Shown here piece after piece: positions 60,814 through 64,000 of a stretch of DNA of 64,000 nt; the stretch's first letter is position 1, and each line of letters begins with the position of its first letter. The position numbers and the translations under genes were made by a program. Below the pieces are notes generated by a model. That model worked only from the letters and a program-made list of their open reading frames with translations, was not told the DNA's origin and did no database searches. Source of the stretch: Ostrea edulis (Eukaryota); assembly GCF_947568905.1 (NCBI RefSeq), contig NC_079170.1:27342001-27406000 (forward strand). The letters run 5' to 3'.

Positions 60814-61970
60814 GAATTGAATTTCTTAGGCCATCCTTCCCATTTTACAAATACTTCTTTGGTTTTTCCACGACGCCTCCTTTTAAGAATTTTTTCAACT
60901 CTATAGGCAACATCTTCAGACTTGACAACTTTTTGAAGCTCAGATTGGTAGAAGGTGCCTTCTATAGGATCGTCTGCCAAATCTTGTACTTTGTATACAG
61001 GTATTTGACCCCTTTTGTATCTTTTAACGACTTTGAAAAATTCTTCTGTCCATTTCTGTTGATAGTCTCTTTGAAAAGGGTGTTTAAGCTGTGATATCCT
61101 GACATTATCTCCAACTTTTAACTTGAAAAATGGTTTTACTCTTTTTTTCATTGTTTTCTTGGATGTATGCTGGTTACCATTCTTTTTTCTCAGATCCGAT
61201 TTTGGTTTTGTTCCCGCAAGATAAGCATCGAGTCTTATTTCATCAGCATTTCCCTGGTTGACAGTAAGGGGAGCATTGCCACCCAAAGATCTGTGAGGTC
61301 TGTTGTTGTAACTTTTCACCAAGTCTTGCAACACATTCACAAATCGGTAAGTTTTGTTTTTCATGAAATAGCGATACATAAGGTTCTTCATGGTACGAAT
61401 CACTCTCTCCGCATAATTTGCTTTGGTTTCATTTTGTGTGTATATCACGTTAATTCCTTCTTTTTTCAGAAACGTCTTTACCCAACGATTTTTGAATTCG
61501 CTACCTTTGTCTGTTCTAAGGGTGTGTGGTTTTCGTCCAGTTTGAAAAACTGATTTTAAACCATCGATGATGTTTTGATGATGTTTATTTGTCAAGGGGA
61601 CTATAAATAAATATCGACTAAATATGTCAATTAAAACCAATAAGAATTTGTAACCGTCGTTGTGAGATGCAATATTACTGACGTCGGCTAAGTCACCATC
61701 CCACATAGAGTCGATTGTGTTCACTATTACTTTAGAGCGCGGAAACGTCTTACGAATAGGCTTATAAAGACTATATGAGTCTTCGTTGTTTAAAAATTGT
61801 CTTATTCTCCTTCTGCCAATCTTGTATTTGCCTTCCTGTTTAACGGCTTGATACAATTTTTCGGGACCAGCAAATGCTCCCGGTTTACCGGGAGTGTAGT
61901 AGAGATCCTTCAAGTAATCCGTGTAGTTTGACATACTGCGTTCCAATGATGATCCATCTTTGATTATCAC
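60780..61970 (-). CDS. int: Retroviral-like (rve) integrase with C-terminal chromodomain; likely start 61937
   Basis: DDE triad WDGDLAD / LRTDKGSEF / AERVIRT; chromodomain YRVEKIL...VFVKWEGWPKKFNSWIP. Confidence 0.95.
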   Translation of the reverse strand: MIIKDGSSLERSMSNYTDYLKDLYYTPGKPGAFAGPEKLYQAVKQEGKYKIGRRRIRQFLNNEDSYSLYKPIRKTFPRSKVIVNTIDSMWDGDLADVSNIASHNDGYKFLLVLIDIFSRYLFIVPLTNKHHQNIIDGLKSVFQTGRKPHTLRTDKGSEFKNRWVKTFLKKEGINVIYTQNETKANYAERVIRTMKNLMYRYFMKNKTYRFVNVLQDLVKSYNNRPHRSLGGNAPLTVNQGNADEIRLDAYLAGTKPKSDLRKKNGNQHTSKKTMKKRVKPFFKLKVGDNVRISQLKHPFQRDYQQKWTEEFFKVVKRYKRGQIPVYKVQDLADDPIEGTFYQSELQKVVKSEDVAYRVEKILKRRRRGKTKEVFVKWEGWPKKFNSWIPESSLEKQ

Positions 61971-62111
61971 CTTTTATATTCAAGTAACAAACCAATTAAG
62001 ACAGGCAACTAATTACTATTCATTTTTATTAGATTTCGAATGAAAAACAAACATGTGTATATATAATTATTCTCATCATTAATTTTGAATTCAGTGTTCA
62101 TGGTCATTAGG

Positions 62112-63107
62112 TCAATCAAGATCACTCTCAATCGATTTCACGTCCTGTAAATCTCCCACATTGCATTCCTTGGACATATTGTCTTGGGCATCGTAACCGA
62201 ACGGGGTACATTCGGGACAGTCTAACATTCCAAGTTGATTTTGATGAGATTCGCTGAACATACAGAGTTCGGTGTCTTTGAGCTCTGGAACAGATTCATG
62301 CATTTCTTCAAGGGCATCTCTAAGTCTGGCTAGTTTGTTTCCGTTCAAAGTGACACCCTTCTTTGTCGGTATGGGTTCTGGGGCATCGTCGGGCTTCCAA
62401 AAGTGTCTTATATCCACTGTAGGGTAGCCGGGTGACAATGAGACGAACACGCCTCCGCCAATATGCCACTGCACTTCTCCATTCTCCTTTCCAATGTTGT
62501 CTATGTAGTCTTGGATATCTGGAAGAAGGGATTCAAATTTTAACCAACGAGCCAAAGGAAAGGTGACTCCTTTCTTTGTGGCAATGAGACGACCATGGGA
62601 TTCTGCGAGATGGCGAATGTGAACGTAAACCGTTCCCTTGTAAGGCATGACGGTGAGGAACAGGTCATTAAAGTCATCCAGACTTATCCTACATCTTGGC
62701 TCCTGAGACTGAGGGTGTGTAGCTTTCTTTGATTGGTTTCCGGAATCTCCTCTTTCTTTGGTAGGAATGACTAAAGATCTTGCCATAGCTAATTTCTTTT
62801 CGTATTCAGACTTCGTATCATCGTCATTATTCATCAAGAGTCTCGATAAATCAGCTTGATTGGCTTTCATTAAGGCCATTCGGAATCCCACAAAAGCCCT
62901 CGATCCTCGACGTAAAATGATACTAATCAGTTTTCTGCTTTGGTCGTAACTGGTTTTCTCGGCTTCTATGCGTTGCCTCATTTCGTCGGTAATTATGTTT
63001 GAAGCATACAAATGTTCCGCGACTCGAATTGCCATCATCTTCTTCACCAATATAGTGTAGTTTGCCTTAATAAGGTTTTGATGTTTATCCTCCATCTCTG
63101 TCCACAT
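62112..63107 (-). CDS. CARD (death-fold) - PC4 - PC4 - Cys/His cluster fusion protein
   Basis: N-terminal L..NYTILVK......HLYA.NIIT.EM...I.....Y.Q.RKL..II.RRG.RAF..F..AL....Q.DL..LL resembles a CARD. Two VxIRxF/H...TKKGVT PC4 motifs and a C-x5-H-x8-CxxC tail follow. Start M at 63107 or 63095. Confidence 0.8.
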   Translation of the reverse strand: MWTEMEDKHQNLIKANYTILVKKMMAIRVAEHLYASNIITDEMRQRIEAEKTSYDQSRKLISIILRRGSRAFVGFRMALMKANQADLSRLLMNNDDDTKSEYEKKLAMARSLVIPTKERGDSGNQSKKATHPQSQEPRCRISLDDFNDLFLTVMPYKGTVYVHIRHLAESHGRLIATKKGVTFPLARWLKFESLLPDIQDYIDNIGKENGEVQWHIGGGVFVSLSPGYPTVDIRHFWKPDDAPEPIPTKKGVTLNGNKLARLRDALEEMHESVPELKDTELCMFSESHQNQLGMLDCPECTPFGYDAQDNMSKECNVGDLQDVKSIESDLD

Positions 63108-63224
63108 CAAAACTCTCACAATAAAAAAAATGAAGTTAACCCGTATCCTCTCTGAGACTTGTTCAGGACTGGTGAAAATCATTCAAATCGATCAAATTTA
63201 TACATCATTTAATCACGTGGTTCG

Positions 63225-63413
63225 TGACTGTAGACTCCGCCTTGACTGTAGACTCCCCTCTGACTGTAGACTCCCCTTTGGCTATATACTCCCCTTTGGC
63301 TATATACTCCCCCATGACATCAGTGACTGTAGACTACCCTCTGACTGTAGACTACCCTCTGACTGTATACTACCCCACGACGTCAGTGACTGTAGACTTC
63401 AATTTGACTGTAG
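63225..63413 (-). repeat. Internal inverted copy of the terminal 18-bp tandem motif
   Basis: 63256-63273 is the exact reverse complement of 43573-43590 (GAGTCTACAGTCAGAGGG); about 9-10 related units. Confidence 0.9.
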
Positions 63414-63438
63414 AAAACACTGGCTGTAGATTTTGACA

Positions 63439-63681
63439 TTACAGATCTTTAACATTATGGGTTTCCAAGTTTTGTGTATGAAATTGAGTACGCATTATTT
63501 GTACATTTTTCTCCAGTATAGGATTTAAAACTTTTGATGCATGATGTATTCTTCTTTGAAAACGATATCTGTCCAAAGCCATGGTCATCCATTCCCCCTT
63601 TCGATCTTCATAGGGAATATAGATAATCGTTTTCTTGTCTGAAAATGTCACAGTCTTGCCCATAGTTTCAAGCTTTGACAA
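63439..63681 (-). CDS. PPP1R15 (GADD34)/ICP34.5/DP71L-like PP1 regulatory protein
   Basis: KTVTF RVxF motif followed by RKGEW...ALDRYRFQRRI....KVLNPIL, which is the PP1/eIF2alpha-binding signature. Confidence 0.88.
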   Translation of the reverse strand: MSKLETMGKTVTFSDKKTIIYIPYEDRKGEWMTMALDRYRFQRRIHHASKVLNPILEKNVQIMRTQFHTQNLETHNVKDL

Positions 63682-63706
63682 TTCAACATTTTATTCATGC
63701 ATCACT

Positions 63707-63937
63707 TTATATACGATTCTGTGCTTTTAAAATAGATTCATCCATATGATCGACAGATGTTTTAAGGTACTGCCACTGTGTTTTACTCAAGGTAATTCCT
63801 TTGTTCCCCGGTTTTCCAGCATGAAATCGTCGTATGTCAATCTGTATGGTGTCGTTGATGCATATCATGGCATATACTTCGTTCGAGAGTGGGTACCGAT
63901 CCACGTATGAACATGTTTTAATAACATCTTTTTCCAA
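63707..63937 (-). CDS. Stand-alone PC4/Sub1-like ssDNA-binding protein
   Basis: IQIDIRRF..GKPGNKGITLSKTQWQYL is the PC4 signature. Confidence 0.85.
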   Translation of the reverse strand: MEKDVIKTCSYVDRYPLSNEVYAMICINDTIQIDIRRFHAGKPGNKGITLSKTQWQYLKTSVDHMDESILKAQNRI

Positions 63938-64000
63938 AGTAGGGCGTAAAACACAGTCTACCTGATTAGGTTTTTTCTTCTCGTGTAAAACACTGACAGC

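Larger units (their letters stand above)
43397..64000. mobile_element. Polinton/Maverick (adintovirus-like) endogenous virus, right end beyond the window
   Basis: Full core gene set (pPolB, ATPase, protease, MCP, minor capsid, integrase) with intact catalytic motifs. Left terminus 5'-AGTAGT at 43397, followed by a short tandem array. Confidence 0.93.

Noticed and set aside
63225-63413. Right terminal inverted repeat of the Polinton
   Set aside because: No ACTACT terminus or CTTGCT TSD follows, the flanks do not match the left end, and element-type genes continue beyond it.

Overview
Eukaryotic animal genomic DNA, most likely a bivalve (oyster-like AT-rich introns, Helentron/HINE-type repeats, tRNA-derived SINEs). 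Host part, 1-43.4 kb: the last five exons of an unidentified low-complexity gene (+), a complete 15-exon fibulin-1/2-like gene (+, 815 aa), a 3-exon LHFPL3/4/5-like tetraspan gene (-, 255 aa) with an antisense 5-exon THAP-only gene nested in its first intron, many minisatellites (several built from splice junctions), MITEs, HINEs and a 130-N gap. From 43397 to beyond the window end lies an apparently intact Polinton/Maverick (adintovirus-like) endogenous virus. It has an AGTAGT left terminus, protein-primed PolB, packaging ATPase, adenain-like protease, major and minor capsid proteins and a chromodomain integrase. Its most unusual features are: a GT-AG intron splitting polB; two multi-exon genes in the left arm (an 8-exon type I membrane mucin-like glycoprotein built from five tandem 117-nt exon cassettes, and a gene of at least 4 exons ending in an NLS/RVxF motif); a CARD-PC4-PC4 fusion; and a GADD34/ICP34.5-like PP1-eIF2alpha phosphatase mimic. 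Together these suggest a spliced, host-manipulating accessory gene set. All gene models were built by hand from GT-AG sites and phase continuity. Family calls come from motif recognition; no database searches were run.
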